Part shown: positions 48,762 to 58,420 of the stretch, piece after piece
Layout: the number at the start of each line of letters is the position of its first letter
Numbering within the stretch: the stretch's first letter is position 1
NCBI GenBank assembly: GCA_944385895.1
Contig: CALWYZ010000003.1
Coordinates: forward strand, 82,164 to 146,163
DNA from: an uncultured Clostridia bacterium
GTDB lineage: Bacteria > Bacillota > Clostridia > Oscillospirales > QAKW01
DNA: 64,000 bases
Reading direction: 5' to 3'
Translations under genes and position numbers: made by a program
Notes under the pieces: model-generated
Databases searched by the model: none
Seen by the model: only the letters and a program-made list of their open reading frames with translations
Told to the model about the DNA's origin: nothing

Positions 48762-49343
48762 GTGTTTTTGTTGAATATAAAAAAAGTCATAAGTTTTATT
48801 TTTGAATGTGAATTCAGGGTAGTAGCCGTTTTATCATTATTTTTTCTGCTTGGCATATTTTTCGGCTCATTTTACAGCTGCAGGCTTGAAATGTCATCTG
48901 AACTTGTAAACAGCATGATTTCTGACAATTTGCTGTCTGTTTTTATAAAAAATCTGTTGTTGCTTTCAGCTGTTTTTTTATTAGGATATACAGTCTTGGG
49001 GACACCGCTGATATTTTTTATTATTATTTACAGCGGCGTTAGCTGTGGTCTGTTTTTAGGGACTTTTTGCGCTTTTTATGGTTTCCGTGGTGCTTTAGTA
49101 GCATCACTTTGCTTTTATCTTTTTTACTTTATCAATTTTGTTTCAATCATTTATGTCTCTTTTTCTTCATTGCGCTTATCGATTGCTCTGTATAATGTTT
49201 TTAAAAATAACACAAGGTATGTGTCGCCGAGTATTTACTCGAAGCCTCACATTTTAAAGTTTTCAATATTTGCTGTTTTTTTACTGGTTTCCAGCCTATA
49301 TTATGTATATATTGCAAGGGGACTTGCTTTGCATTTTATTTGA
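48762..49343 (+). CDS. stage II sporulation protein M-like membrane protein
   Basis: About 190 aa with 5-6 TM helices, size and hydropathy like SpoIIM (DUF95), located next to xerD. SD GGGAGG. The true start is probably TTG at 48768 or 48771. Confidence 0.55.
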   Translation: MFLLNIKKVISFIFECEFRVVAVLSLFFLLGIFFGSFYSCRLEMSSELVNSMISDNLLSVFIKNLLLLSAVFLLGYTVLGTPLIFFIIIYSGVSCGLFLGTFCAFYGFRGALVASLCFYLFYFINFVSIIYVSFSSLRLSIALYNVFKNNTRYVSPSIYSKPHILKFSIFAVFLLVSSLYYVYIARGLALHFI

Positions 49344-49356
49344 AAGGAGGATTTAT

Positions 49357-50256
49357 ATGATAGAGTTGTTTGATGATTTTTGTCTTTATCTTGAGACTAA
49401 GAAAAAGACTTCCTCTAACACTTTGACCTCATATAAGCGTGATGTCAAAAACTTTATTATTTTCCTCCAAGGCATTAGCTGTTATGCGTTGGATAAAGTA
49501 AGTCCACAAATTATATCCAGATACATAACATATTTGAAAAAACATAAAAAAAGCAGTGCAACTATTTCGCGCACGCTATCCAGTCTTCGTTGTTTCTTTA
49601 AATATCTTGTGCAAAAAAAAGTAATTACTTTTAATCCAATGACAGGCATAAAAAACGAGAAAAATGTATCTTCACTTCCAGAGATCATGTCTTCAAAAGA
49701 CGTTGATATTCTTCTTTCATCTCCCGATACTGAGACTGTAAAGGGTATACGCGACAAAGCTATGCTTGAGTTATTGTATGCTACAGGTATTCGCGTAAGT
49801 GAATTACTGAATATTTCTGTATATGACATAAATCTTGATGTAGGTTATGTTAATATTAAAAGCGGTTCTTCAAAAGAACGTATAGTCCCACTTTATCCGA
49901 TGGCAATAGATTCACTGAAAAACTATTTAAATGCTTCCAGGGACAAGCTGTGTCAAAACAAACCTCAATCTGATATTTTATTTTTAAATTCTTTCGGTGA
50001 AAAAATGACAAGACAGGGTTTTTGGAAAATAATAAAACAATACGCCAAAAAGACTGACATAAACGCCGATATAACCCCTAAAATTTTGCGCCATTCTTTT
50101 GCAACTCATCTGCTAGAAAACGGTGCGGATATAAACGTTATTAAGGATATGCTCGGACATACCGCCATATCCTCTACAAAAGTATATACCAAAGTAATTA
50201 AAAATAAATATATGAACGTTTATACTAACTGCCATCCAAGAGCCAAACAAATATAA
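49357..50256 (+). CDS. xerD: site-specific tyrosine recombinase XerD-like
   Basis: From MIELFDDFCLYLETKKK (SD AGGAGG). Catalytic pattern present: R..., HSFATHLLENGADI, LGHTAISSTKVYT. Confidence 0.8.
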   Translation: MIELFDDFCLYLETKKKTSSNTLTSYKRDVKNFIIFLQGISCYALDKVSPQIISRYITYLKKHKKSSATISRTLSSLRCFFKYLVQKKVITFNPMTGIKNEKNVSSLPEIMSSKDVDILLSSPDTETVKGIRDKAMLELLYATGIRVSELLNISVYDINLDVGYVNIKSGSSKERIVPLYPMAIDSLKNYLNASRDKLCQNKPQSDILFLNSFGEKMTRQGFWKIIKQYAKKTDINADITPKILRHSFATHLLENGADINVIKDMLGHTAISSTKVYTKVIKNKYMNVYTNCHPRAKQI

Positions 50257-50275
50257 TAAGGAGACAAGCTGTACT

Positions 50276-50995
50276 ATGAGTTTATTTAACGATTATATGC
50301 GTGAAGGTAAAGGTATTAATAAAGGAGCTGATACCAGACCGCGTTTAATTGTGTTTTTTGATATTTTTTTCAGGAAATTCTGGAATCTTATAACTGTAAA
50401 TCTTTTGTTTATATTGGCTTGTATTCCAATTATAACTATTGGGCCTGCCATTGCGGGTCTGACTAAAATACTGCGTAATTATGCAAGGGAAGAGCACGCT
50501 TTTATTTGGGCGGATTTCTGGGAAACTTTTAAGTCAAATTTTTTGAAAGCCATGCTTATCGGTATAATCGATTTTGTTGTGTCGTTTATTATAATATTTG
50601 ATTTATATATGTATATAGCGCTTAACGCTTCTCCCATTTTACGCATTGTGGCCCTAGCACTTATGTTTATAACAGCAACAATATTTATATTTATGAATTA
50701 TTATATTTTCCCTATGCTGATAACATTTAGACTTACATTTAAGCAGTTGATAAAAAATGCTTTTATTTTTGCTTGGATCGGCTTTTGGAGAAATATACTT
50801 GTTACTATTTTAATTGCAGGCTTAACGGCTATTGCTGTACTGTATATATATACTTTGGGAATATTCTATATTGCACTTATCTATTTCAGCTTGTGCGGTC
50901 TTATAATCAATTTTGCTACTTATCCGCTTATCAAAAAATATATGATAGACGGATATGATCCCCAAACCGGAGAAAAGCTGGATGATCAAAACTGA
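50276..50995 (+). CDS. YesL/DUF624 family membrane protein
   Basis: 239 aa. The N-terminal pattern FFDIFFRKFWNLITVNLLFILACIPIITIGPA is typical of DUF624. Confidence 0.75.
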   Translation: MSLFNDYMREGKGINKGADTRPRLIVFFDIFFRKFWNLITVNLLFILACIPIITIGPAIAGLTKILRNYAREEHAFIWADFWETFKSNFLKAMLIGIIDFVVSFIIIFDLYMYIALNASPILRIVALALMFITATIFIFMNYYIFPMLITFRLTFKQLIKNAFIFAWIGFWRNILVTILIAGLTAIAVLYIYTLGIFYIALIYFSLCGLIINFATYPLIKKYMIDGYDPQTGEKLDDQN

Positions 50996-51033
50996 CAAAA
51001 TAATAAAACCTGCAATTATAATTGCAGGCTTTA

Positions 51034-52005
51034 TTATTTTTTAATTTTAATAGCAGCTACAGGATTTGAATCGATAGCGTCTTTTATTTGCTCACTGTCA
51101 ACATGAGTGTATATTTGAGTGGTGCCTAAATTTTCATGACCTAAAATTTCCTGTATAACCCGAATGTCTGTATTTCCATACCTGTACATTAATGTAGCTG
51201 CCGTATGCCTTAGCTTGTGAACAGAATATTTTTTATCGCTGAGCCCGCATTTTTTAAGATGCTCTTCAACAACTTGCTGGACCCTTCTGCGTGTAATACG
51301 GTTTCCTTTATTGCTTATAAACAGGGCTTTTCTGGCATCGTCAGTTAAATTGTCATGTCTTCGTTCGTGTGCCAGATAATCGTTTATGGCATCTTTACAG
51401 GCATCGTTTAGATAAATATTTCTCTGCTTGTTACCTTTGCCGGTTATGGTCAAATAATCGTTTCCCAAATCCGATAAATTAATTCCAACAAGCTCAGACA
51501 GACGCATTCCGCAGTTTAAAAATAAAGTTAAAATTGCAAAATCGCGTTTACTGTTATTACCGTCATTTGCAGAACTGAGTAATTTTTCGCATTCATCAAG
51601 AGAAAGGTGTTTTGGAAGAGTACGAGGCAGGGAACTGCTCTCAAGATTTTCCATTGGGTTATAGTCAATTTTTTTTGTTTTATTATAAAGATATTTAAAA
51701 AATCCACGTATGCTGCAGCACTTTCTGTTTAAAGTCCTGTTTGAGCACTTACGGTCTTCTTTCATATGATATAAATATTGATATGTATCCTCTAAAGTAA
51801 CTTTTTTAATAAATTCAATATCTACATCCAATATATCAACATTATCTATATTTGAAAGAGAATTATTGTTTAATGCTTTCAAGAATTTAAAATAATACCT
51901 CAGATCAAGATAATATTCATATATGGTTTTTTTAGATTTTCCTGTAACGACATCAAGATAAAAAAGAAAGTCTCGTATATCTTTTGGTATATCATCATAA
52001 GCCAT
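51034..52005 (-). CDS. tyrosine recombinase, XerC-like/integrase family
   Basis: 323 aa. N-terminal SAM-like core-binding domain and C-terminal catalytic HKLRHTAATLM ... LGHENLGTTQIYTH. Confidence 0.8.
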   Translation of the reverse strand: MAYDDIPKDIRDFLFYLDVVTGKSKKTIYEYYLDLRYYFKFLKALNNNSLSNIDNVDILDVDIEFIKKVTLEDTYQYLYHMKEDRKCSNRTLNRKCCSIRGFFKYLYNKTKKIDYNPMENLESSSLPRTLPKHLSLDECEKLLSSANDGNNSKRDFAILTLFLNCGMRLSELVGINLSDLGNDYLTITGKGNKQRNIYLNDACKDAINDYLAHERRHDNLTDDARKALFISNKGNRITRRRVQQVVEEHLKKCGLSDKKYSVHKLRHTAATLMYRYGNTDIRVIQEILGHENLGTTQIYTHVDSEQIKDAIDSNPVAAIKIKK

Positions 52006-52140
52006 AAAACATCACCACTTATTTATTTATAATAATATTAACACTTTTAAACATTAAATTCAACATATAAGGAGAGGCAAATAAAAAATACATATAATTA
52101 CACAAAATTAATATTTTGTGCAATTTGGGGAAGTAAAATT

Positions 52141-52172
52141 TAGCAGTCAACTGTATTTTAATGCTGACTGCT
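52141..52172 (-). terminator. intrinsic terminator after the HAD hydrolase gene
   Basis: AGCAGTCA / TGACTGCT stem, positioned just after the stop at 52179 when read on the minus strand. Confidence 0.55.
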
Positions 52173-52178
52173 TGTTTT

Positions 52179-52982
52179 TTATTTGCTGTTTGTTTTTAAA
52201 TATTCAACCAGTTCTCGGACATTATTGTATATGTATGTCGGTTTAAAATCAAAATCTTTTAAATCATCCATTGTAGACTCACCACTCAGCATCAGCATTG
52301 TATCAATTCCGGCATTATATCCACTTGCAATATCCGTGTACAATCTATCCCCAAGTAAAATTGCCTGTGGTTTTGTGAAACCTGATTTTTCTACAGCCAG
52401 CTCTATCATTGTTGCTTCCGGCTTACCTATGAATTTAGGCTTTCGCTTTGTTGCGTTATAAAGCATTTGAGATACCGAACCGCAATCCGGCACATATCCA
52501 AATTCAGTCGGACAAACCCAATCCGGATTTGTGGCAATGTAATCAACGCCTTTTCCAAGCAAAATACAAGCATCTTCCAATTTTTGGAATGTAAGTTCGG
52601 TGTCAAATCCCATCACAAGACATGAAATATCATCTTCAAGCTTGTCGGTAATATTAAGAGAATATAATTTCAGTTCCTGCTTTAGGGATTCTGTACCAAA
52701 AACATATATTTTGTCTTTACTGTTATTTTTCTGAAGATACAGTCCTGTTGCCTGTGCTGAGGTTGTAAAGTCGTCTTTTATGGCTGAAATTCCCATTTTA
52801 TTCAGCTTTTCAATATATTTATCGACACTTTTTGATGAATTATTTGTGAGAAACATATAGCGTCCGCCGTTTTCTTTTACCCAGTTCAAAAAGTCAATAG
52901 TGCCGTCAAAAATCTCATTACCAAGATATATAGTGCCATCCATATCAAGTAAAAAAAGCTTTTTATCTATCAGTTCGGTCAT
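52179..52982 (-). CDS. HAD-IIA family hydrolase (NagD-like phosphatase)
   Basis: From MTELIDKKLFLLDMDGTIY (DxDGT motif), with FLTNNS and a C-terminal GDRLYTDI motif. Confidence 0.85.
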   Translation of the reverse strand: MTELIDKKLFLLDMDGTIYLGNEIFDGTIDFLNWVKENGGRYMFLTNNSSKSVDKYIEKLNKMGISAIKDDFTTSAQATGLYLQKNNSKDKIYVFGTESLKQELKLYSLNITDKLEDDISCLVMGFDTELTFQKLEDACILLGKGVDYIATNPDWVCPTEFGYVPDCGSVSQMLYNATKRKPKFIGKPEATMIELAVEKSGFTKPQAILLGDRLYTDIASGYNAGIDTMLMLSGESTMDDLKDFDFKPTYIYNNVRELVEYLKTNSK

Positions 52983-52984
52983 TT

Positions 52985-53362
52985 TTATTCCTTTCTGCCG
53001 CAGCTGCATTTGTTTGAATAATTTTCTATAGAAAGAACATAGCCCCCCGACATTTTTTCAAAACCGATATCTTTAGCCAGCAGCGGATACTTATCAGGCA
53101 AAACAACGCTTTTGATTTTTGCAGTATCACAAGCAAACAGCAAAGATTTAAAAAGACCGTCTAAAATCGAAAAGTCGCCGCTTATATCTGATACATAAAC
53201 GATAATCAATTTATCGTTGCAAATTTCATATTGTATAAACTCAACGACGCTGTTATCAGAGACAGCGCCCATATACAGATATTTTGTGCCGTTATCAAGT
53301 TTAAAGTTATTTGTTAATGCTGATATAGTTTTATTGTCTTTTATTTTTTTTATACTTAGCAT
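52985..53362 (-). CDS. hypothetical protein (125 aa)
   Basis: ORF packed between sigK (3-nt gap) and the HAD gene (2-nt gap). No motif recognised. C-terminus is NKCSCGRKE. Confidence 0.55.
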   Translation of the reverse strand: MLSIKKIKDNKTISALTNNFKLDNGTKYLYMGAVSDNSVVEFIQYEICNDKLIIVYVSDISGDFSILDGLFKSLLFACDTAKIKSVVLPDKYPLLAKDIGFEKMSGGYVLSIENYSNKCSCGRKE

Positions 53363-53365
53363 GAG

Positions 53366-54049
53366 TTATTTTCCGTCAAATTTATCCTTTAGTTTTTCAA
53401 GTGCTTTTTTTTCAATTCGCGAAACGTAACTGCGCGAAATACGCATTTTTTTCGCCACTTCTTTTTGCGTCAGGCTTTTGGTGTTATATAATCCGTAACG
53501 CATGGTAACAATCAGCTTTTCTCTTTCCGGCAAATCACTTATGAATGCGTAAAGTTTCTTAGCATTTACTTTTAAATCAATACAATCGGCTATATCATCT
53601 TCCTGGCAGACGATATCCATATATGTAAGAGAATTACCGTCGTCATCAACATCAATCGGATCGCTGATAAAAGTTTCGTTTTGATTTTTTCTCTGTGCGC
53701 GAAAATACATCAGTATCTCGTTTTCTATACATCTGGCTGCATATGTAGCTAATTTAGTACCTTTTGCAGGCTTATAGGATGTAATTCCTTTTATAAGGCC
53801 TATAGTACCTATAGAAATCAAGTCTTCCTGATCGGAGCTGTTTGCATAATATTTTTTTATAACATGAGCAACCAATCTCAAATTACGTTCTATAAGTATA
53901 TCTCTTGCCTTTTTGTCACCGCTTTGAAATTTTTCGATATAGAATTGTTCCTCGCTTGGTGTCAAAGGCTTTGGAAACGACGCACCGTTTGATATGTATA
54001 ATATCAAAAACATAAAATTATCAAAGAGACTGCTAAATAATTCAAACAT
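53366..54049 (-). CDS. sigK: RNA polymerase sporulation sigma factor SigK (pro-sigma-K, uninterrupted)
   Basis: 227 aa. YISNGASFPKPLTPSEE, LIERNLRLVAHVIKKY, KGTKLATYAARCIENEILM and ISRSYVSRIEKKAL align with B. subtilis sigma-K rather than sigma-E. There is a hydrophobic N-terminal pro-peptide of about 17 aa. Confidence 0.85.
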   Translation of the reverse strand: MFELFSSLFDNFMFLILYISNGASFPKPLTPSEEQFYIEKFQSGDKKARDILIERNLRLVAHVIKKYYANSSDQEDLISIGTIGLIKGITSYKPAKGTKLATYAARCIENEILMYFRAQRKNQNETFISDPIDVDDDGNSLTYMDIVCQEDDIADCIDLKVNAKKLYAFISDLPEREKLIVTMRYGLYNTKSLTQKEVAKKMRISRSYVSRIEKKALEKLKDKFDGK

Positions 54050-54075
54050 TAAATCACCCTTGATAATTATATGTG

Positions 54076-54105
54076 CAGAAAACGGTATACTTTCATATAC
54101 CGTTT
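54076..54105 (-). terminator. intrinsic terminator after aspartate kinase
   Basis: On the minus strand: AAACGGTATA / TATACCGTTT stem followed by TCTGC. Confidence 0.7.
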
Positions 54106-54113
54106 AAATTTAT

Positions 54114-55319
54114 TTATTTAATAAATTTAGAATGAATTGTGCTGACTGCTATATCTGCAAGGTCTTTGTCAATAAGTACTGATATTCTTATTTCACTTGT
54201 TGAAATCATCTGGATATTTATATGTGCATCATAAAGCGCTTCAAACATTTTAGCAGCAACACCGGTATTGTTGATCATACCGGCACCGACAATTGATACC
54301 TTTGCGATTGAAGTATCTGCAATAACATCAGATGCACCGAACATATCCTTGTTTTCATTAATAACCTCAAGTGCTGTATCCAAAGACGAAAGATTTGTGG
54401 TAAATGATATATCCTTTCTTGAATCTCTTCCTACGGATTGAAGTATAATGTCAACATTAACTCCTTTTTTAGCCAAAAGAGAAAACATCTGAAATGCCAC
54501 TCCGGGTTCATTTTTTACTCCTATAACGGAAATTCTTGCAACATCGCAATCCTTTGCGACACTGCTGACCAACATTTTTTCCACAAATATTCCTCCCTTT
54601 ACTTCAGTACCGGGCTTTCTTGTAAAGCTTGACAGTACTTCCAATTTAACATTATATTTTTTTGCCATTTCAACACTTCTGTTGTGAAGGACCTGAGCCC
54701 CGCAGGATGCAAGCTCCAGCATTTCATCATAGGAAATCTCACTGCGCAGGACAGCATTTTTAACTTTGCGCGGATCCGCGGAATATACACCGTCAACATC
54801 TGTGTATATCTGGCATGCGTCTGCCTTAAGTGAAGCTGCAAGAGCAACAGCGCTTGTATCAGAGCCGCCGCGTCCAAGAGTTGTTATGTCGTCATACTTG
54901 TTTATACCCTGAAATCCGGCTACAATAACAATATTATGCCTGTCCAGCTCTCTTGCCACACGTTCAGATTCAATTCTATGAATTCTGGCTGCACCGTATG
55001 TACTGTCTGTCTGTATACCCGCCTGCCAACCGGTAAGTGAAATGACAGGAAATCCCAGCTTCTGTATAGCCATTGCAAGCAGCGACATTGAAATCTGTTC
55101 ACCGGTAGAAAGGAGCATATCCATCTCTCTTTTCGAGCTTTTTGGGTTTATTTCAATCGCTTTTGCTATAAGATCATCTGTAGTATCACCTTGTGCCGAT
55201 ACTACAACCACAACATCATTTCCAGCTTTATATGTGCTTGTTACAATGTCTGCAACATTTCTGATACATTCCGCATCAGCAACAGATGTACCTCCAAATT
55301 TCTGAACAATCAATCCCAT
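54114..55319 (-). CDS. aspartate kinase
   Basis: 401 aa. VQKFGGTSV N-terminus, kinase domain and two C-terminal ACT domains. Confidence 0.92.
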   Translation of the reverse strand: MGLIVQKFGGTSVADAECIRNVADIVTSTYKAGNDVVVVVSAQGDTTDDLIAKAIEINPKSSKREMDMLLSTGEQISMSLLAMAIQKLGFPVISLTGWQAGIQTDSTYGAARIHRIESERVARELDRHNIVIVAGFQGINKYDDITTLGRGGSDTSAVALAASLKADACQIYTDVDGVYSADPRKVKNAVLRSEISYDEMLELASCGAQVLHNRSVEMAKKYNVKLEVLSSFTRKPGTEVKGGIFVEKMLVSSVAKDCDVARISVIGVKNEPGVAFQMFSLLAKKGVNVDIILQSVGRDSRKDISFTTNLSSLDTALEVINENKDMFGASDVIADTSIAKVSIVGAGMINNTGVAAKMFEALYDAHINIQMISTSEIRISVLIDKDLADIAVSTIHSKFIK

Positions 55320-56569
55320 TTTTTCTCACCATTTTCTTGATTTAAATTAAATACTCTTATCACAGAGCACACACTTGCTCCGGTGTTTTTTTCCAAAGCA
55401 TTGATTCTTTCATCAAAATCATATTCATTCAGCTCGTCTGATATGAAAACCATCTTATCAAAATCAGTATATATATCTGCGTTAGGAAAAACAGATTTTA
55501 TATCAGATACACTGATATCAGAATCGGAAATCAAACTTACATAGCGTTTAAACGGCATCTTTTTATAGTCGGCTATAAAACTGCCATCCGATGATTTCCA
55601 ATACAAATATTTTCTGGCGTTAACGTGTTTTGCACAATCAATAACATCTGCAACAACAGCGGATGCAGTCGGTAGTTTACCGGCTCCACGGCCATAAAAC
55701 AGAGAAATGCCAACAGCGTCACCCTGTACGAGAATTGCATTATATACATCTTCAACACCCGCAAGTGGTATTGTTTTATCAACCAAAAACGGCGCCACCA
55801 TTATATACAGTGTGTTATCATCATTTTTAGAAATTATACCAAGCAGTTTTACAGCATAGCCCGCTTTGTCAGCATAACGGGTATCTTCAAGCTTAATTCC
55901 GGTTATCCCCTCGGTATGCACCTTCTGAGGATCTACGTGCTCTCCGTATGCAAGAGACGCAAGTATTGATATTTTTCTGCATGAGTCTATTCCCTCAATA
56001 TCCGCAGCCGGATTTGCCTCGGCATACCCCAGCTGCTGTGCATTTTTCAAAGCATCTTCAAAAGTATATCCGTCTTTAATCATTTTTGTAAGAATATAAT
56101 TTGTTGTGCCGTTCAATATTCCCGAAATAGATTCAATCTCATTTGCTGCCAGACATTGGTTTATCGGTCTTATGATAGGTATTCCACCGCCTACAGATGC
56201 TTCAAACAAAAAGTTTTTATTTTTATCCTTGGCTATCTGAAGCAATTTATCTCCGTAAACAGCAACAAGTTCTTTATTGGAAGTAACAACGCTCTTCCCT
56301 GCCAGCAAGGATTCCTTTACAAATCTATAAGCAGGATTAAGTCCGCCTATAACCTCTACGACTACTTCAATTTCAGGATCGTTAAGTATGATATTGAAAT
56401 CTTTTACAAAGAGATTCTTATACGGACTATCGTCAAAATCCTTTATATCAAGTATATACTTGATTTCTATATCCGTACCGGCTTTTTGATTAATAGTATG
56501 AGGGTTTTTGTGCATAAGCTCTACAACGCCGCTGCCCACAACGCCGTAGCCCAATACTGCGATTTTCAT
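55310..56569 (-). CDS. hom: homoserine dehydrogenase
   Basis: From MKIAVLGYGVVGSGV (NAD-binding motif). Central catalytic domain and a C-terminal ACT-like region. Overlaps the aspartate kinase start by 10 nt. Confidence 0.9.
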   Translation of the reverse strand: MKIAVLGYGVVGSGVVELMHKNPHTINQKAGTDIEIKYILDIKDFDDSPYKNLFVKDFNIILNDPEIEVVVEVIGGLNPAYRFVKESLLAGKSVVTSNKELVAVYGDKLLQIAKDKNKNFLFEASVGGGIPIIRPINQCLAANEIESISGILNGTTNYILTKMIKDGYTFEDALKNAQQLGYAEANPAADIEGIDSCRKISILASLAYGEHVDPQKVHTEGITGIKLEDTRYADKAGYAVKLLGIISKNDDNTLYIMVAPFLVDKTIPLAGVEDVYNAILVQGDAVGISLFYGRGAGKLPTASAVVADVIDCAKHVNARKYLYWKSSDGSFIADYKKMPFKRYVSLISDSDISVSDIKSVFPNADIYTDFDKMVFISDELNEYDFDERINALEKNTGASVCSVIRVFNLNQENGEKKWD

Positions 56570-56582
56570 TATATTTATCCTT

Positions 56583-57020
56583 TCAGCTTTTTCCGATGAC
56601 ATCTACTTTAAGTATTCCGTCAACCTGAGAAATTATGTTGATAAGCTCTTCTGTAGTACATGTAAGATCATGAGTGGTAAGTGAAACAGATACCGGAGCA
56701 ATATCATCAAACGGAATATTCTGGTTTATTGTAAGAATACTTGCGCCATAACTTGATAATAATGTTAATAGACCGGAAAGCAGACCTTTTTGATCACTCA
56801 ATATAAGGTTTAGTGACAGGATGAACCTGTCGTTTTTCTCGACATATACAGAAACGTCGTCTTTATACTTATAAAATGCACTTCTGGAAATTCCAGCCTG
56901 TTTTACGGCATCGTTAACTGTTTTACACTTCCCTGTATACAGCAGCTTTTTTACAAACACCACTTTTTCATATACAGCCGGAAGCGCATCCTTGTTTATA
57001 ATATAATATTTTTCGTTCAT
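56583..57020 (-). CDS. ACT domain-containing protein (UPF0735/PheB-like)
   Basis: From MNEKYYIINKDALPAVYEKV. N-terminal HTH-like segment (AGISRSAFYKYKD) and a C-terminal ACT domain. Confidence 0.75.
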   Translation of the reverse strand: MNEKYYIINKDALPAVYEKVVFVKKLLYTGKCKTVNDAVKQAGISRSAFYKYKDDVSVYVEKNDRFILSLNLILSDQKGLLSGLLTLLSSYGASILTINQNIPFDDIAPVSVSLTTHDLTCTTEELINIISQVDGILKVDVIGKS

Positions 57021-57142
57021 TTTAATCCCGCCTATGTACTTCAGACAAAAACAAGTGTATTTGTACGATGAACATGATAACATATTATAAATATATTTGC
57101 AAGCATTTTTTTAAAAATATATTCAGCCGGAGAATTTTATGT

Positions 57143-58225
57143 ATGAATTATAATACAAATACCCAAAAAATAAGTTTTATCATAAATATTGTATATATAA
57201 TATTGATAATTTTTGTTTTATATATGGTTTTAAAGTATGCGCTTGTATTGTTTTTGCCGTTTCTGGCAGCGCTTTTGATAAGTTATATTGCAGAACCTGC
57301 TATCAGTACGCTGACAAACAGACTGAAAATCAAGCGCAGTATTAGCTCCGCTGTATGCATAACATTTTTTGTCCTGATACTTATAGGCGTCACGGTGCTG
57401 TTGTCGATAACAGTGATGTCAAAACTAAAAGAGCTTTATAACTCAATACCTGAATATATTGAGCAAATAACATATTATTTCAACGGTTTGAAATTAAAAA
57501 GCAATTATGATATAATTTCACCTTTTGAACAAGTAACATTAATGGTGTTTGAGCATATCAAAGATATTGATATAGTTACGCTTTTAAGCGGAAGCTTTGG
57601 AAGTTTTGCTTTCAATTCATTTTCAGGACTTGTAACTTCAATTCCATATGTACTTATGTCGCTTGTAATAACTTTTGTATCCGCTGTTTTTATTTCAATA
57701 TCTTTTTGCGAGATAAAAAGATTTATAATACTTCAATTCAGCGACAAATACAGAAAATTGATACTGGAATCAAAGAGAAGTCTGTCCGGAATATTCAAAA
57801 AATATGTCAAATCATACGCAGCTTTGATGCTTATCACTTTTTCGGAACTGACGCTGTTTTTTATCATATTTGATATACGACCGGCGGCCTCAGTTGCTCT
57901 TATAATTGCCGTTGTCGACATACTTCCTGTTTTAGGCGTAGGAACAGTAATGCTGCCGTGGGCAATTATATGTTTTGTTGGGGGTAATTTGACAAAAGGA
58001 CTTGTTTTGCTGTCTATTTATGCGGTCATAACAGTTGTCCGCCAGATAATAGAACCTAAAATAATAGGTGAAAACATAGGCCTGCATCCTATTGTTACAC
58101 TCATATCCATATATGTTGGGTTAAAAATTCTAGGTATTCTGGGTATGTTTGTAGCACCTATTTTGATAATGCTTATACGCGACCTGCAGAAAAAAGGTTT
58201 GATACATGTCTGGAACGAAAAATAA
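57143..58225 (+). CDS. AI-2E family transporter (sporulation membrane protein YtvI-like)
   Basis: About 360 aa polytopic protein with the C-terminal conserved block EPKIIGENIGLHPIVTLISIYVGLKILGILGMFVAPI. Confidence 0.7.
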   Translation: MNYNTNTQKISFIINIVYIILIIFVLYMVLKYALVLFLPFLAALLISYIAEPAISTLTNRLKIKRSISSAVCITFFVLILIGVTVLLSITVMSKLKELYNSIPEYIEQITYYFNGLKLKSNYDIISPFEQVTLMVFEHIKDIDIVTLLSGSFGSFAFNSFSGLVTSIPYVLMSLVITFVSAVFISISFCEIKRFIILQFSDKYRKLILESKRSLSGIFKKYVKSYAALMLITFSELTLFFIIFDIRPAASVALIIAVVDILPVLGVGTVMLPWAIICFVGGNLTKGLVLLSIYAVITVVRQIIEPKIIGENIGLHPIVTLISIYVGLKILGILGMFVAPILIMLIRDLQKKGLIHVWNEK

Positions 58226-58227
58226 TA

Positions 58228-58256
58228 TTGACAAATTATTCAAGCGGGTTTATAAT
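58228..58256 (+). promoter_or_regulatory. perfect consensus sigma-A promoter
   Basis: TTGACA (58228-58233), 17-nt spacer, TATAAT (58251-58256). Confidence 0.8.
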
Positions 58257-58262
58257 CTTATG

Positions 58263-58418
58263 CACAGAGTAGAGATACATGCGTAAAGTGTTCTGCGGAC
58301 GGGGAGTTGCCGCAGAAATGAAAAGTTTATCTTGCGGTATGTATTTCGCATCCCGCTGTTGAATTTTATAAAGATTTACCTCCTTATAAATTTCAGCAGA
58401 AATTTTAAGGAGGTTTTA
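58263..58418 (+). promoter_or_regulatory. THF (tetrahydrofolate) riboswitch with SD-sequestering/terminator-like expression platform
   Basis: The conserved THF-aptamer strings are in the right order: ACAGAGUAG ... GCGUAAAGUG ... GGGGAGUUGCCGC ... GCAUCCCGCUGU. Downstream, ACCUCCUU (58378-58385) pairs with AAGGAGGU (58408-58415), followed by UUUAUUAUG. Confidence 0.8.
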
Positions 58419-58420
58419 TT

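Noticed and set aside
49357-52005. Two tyrosine recombinase genes within 2.7 kb, as a possible integrated mobile element
   Set aside because: I could find no flanking direct repeats, no tRNA-adjacent attachment site, and no phage, plasmid or transposon cargo. Both genes look like chromosomal Xer-type recombinases, and the neighbours (spoIIM-like, YesL, HAD, sigK) are core genes.
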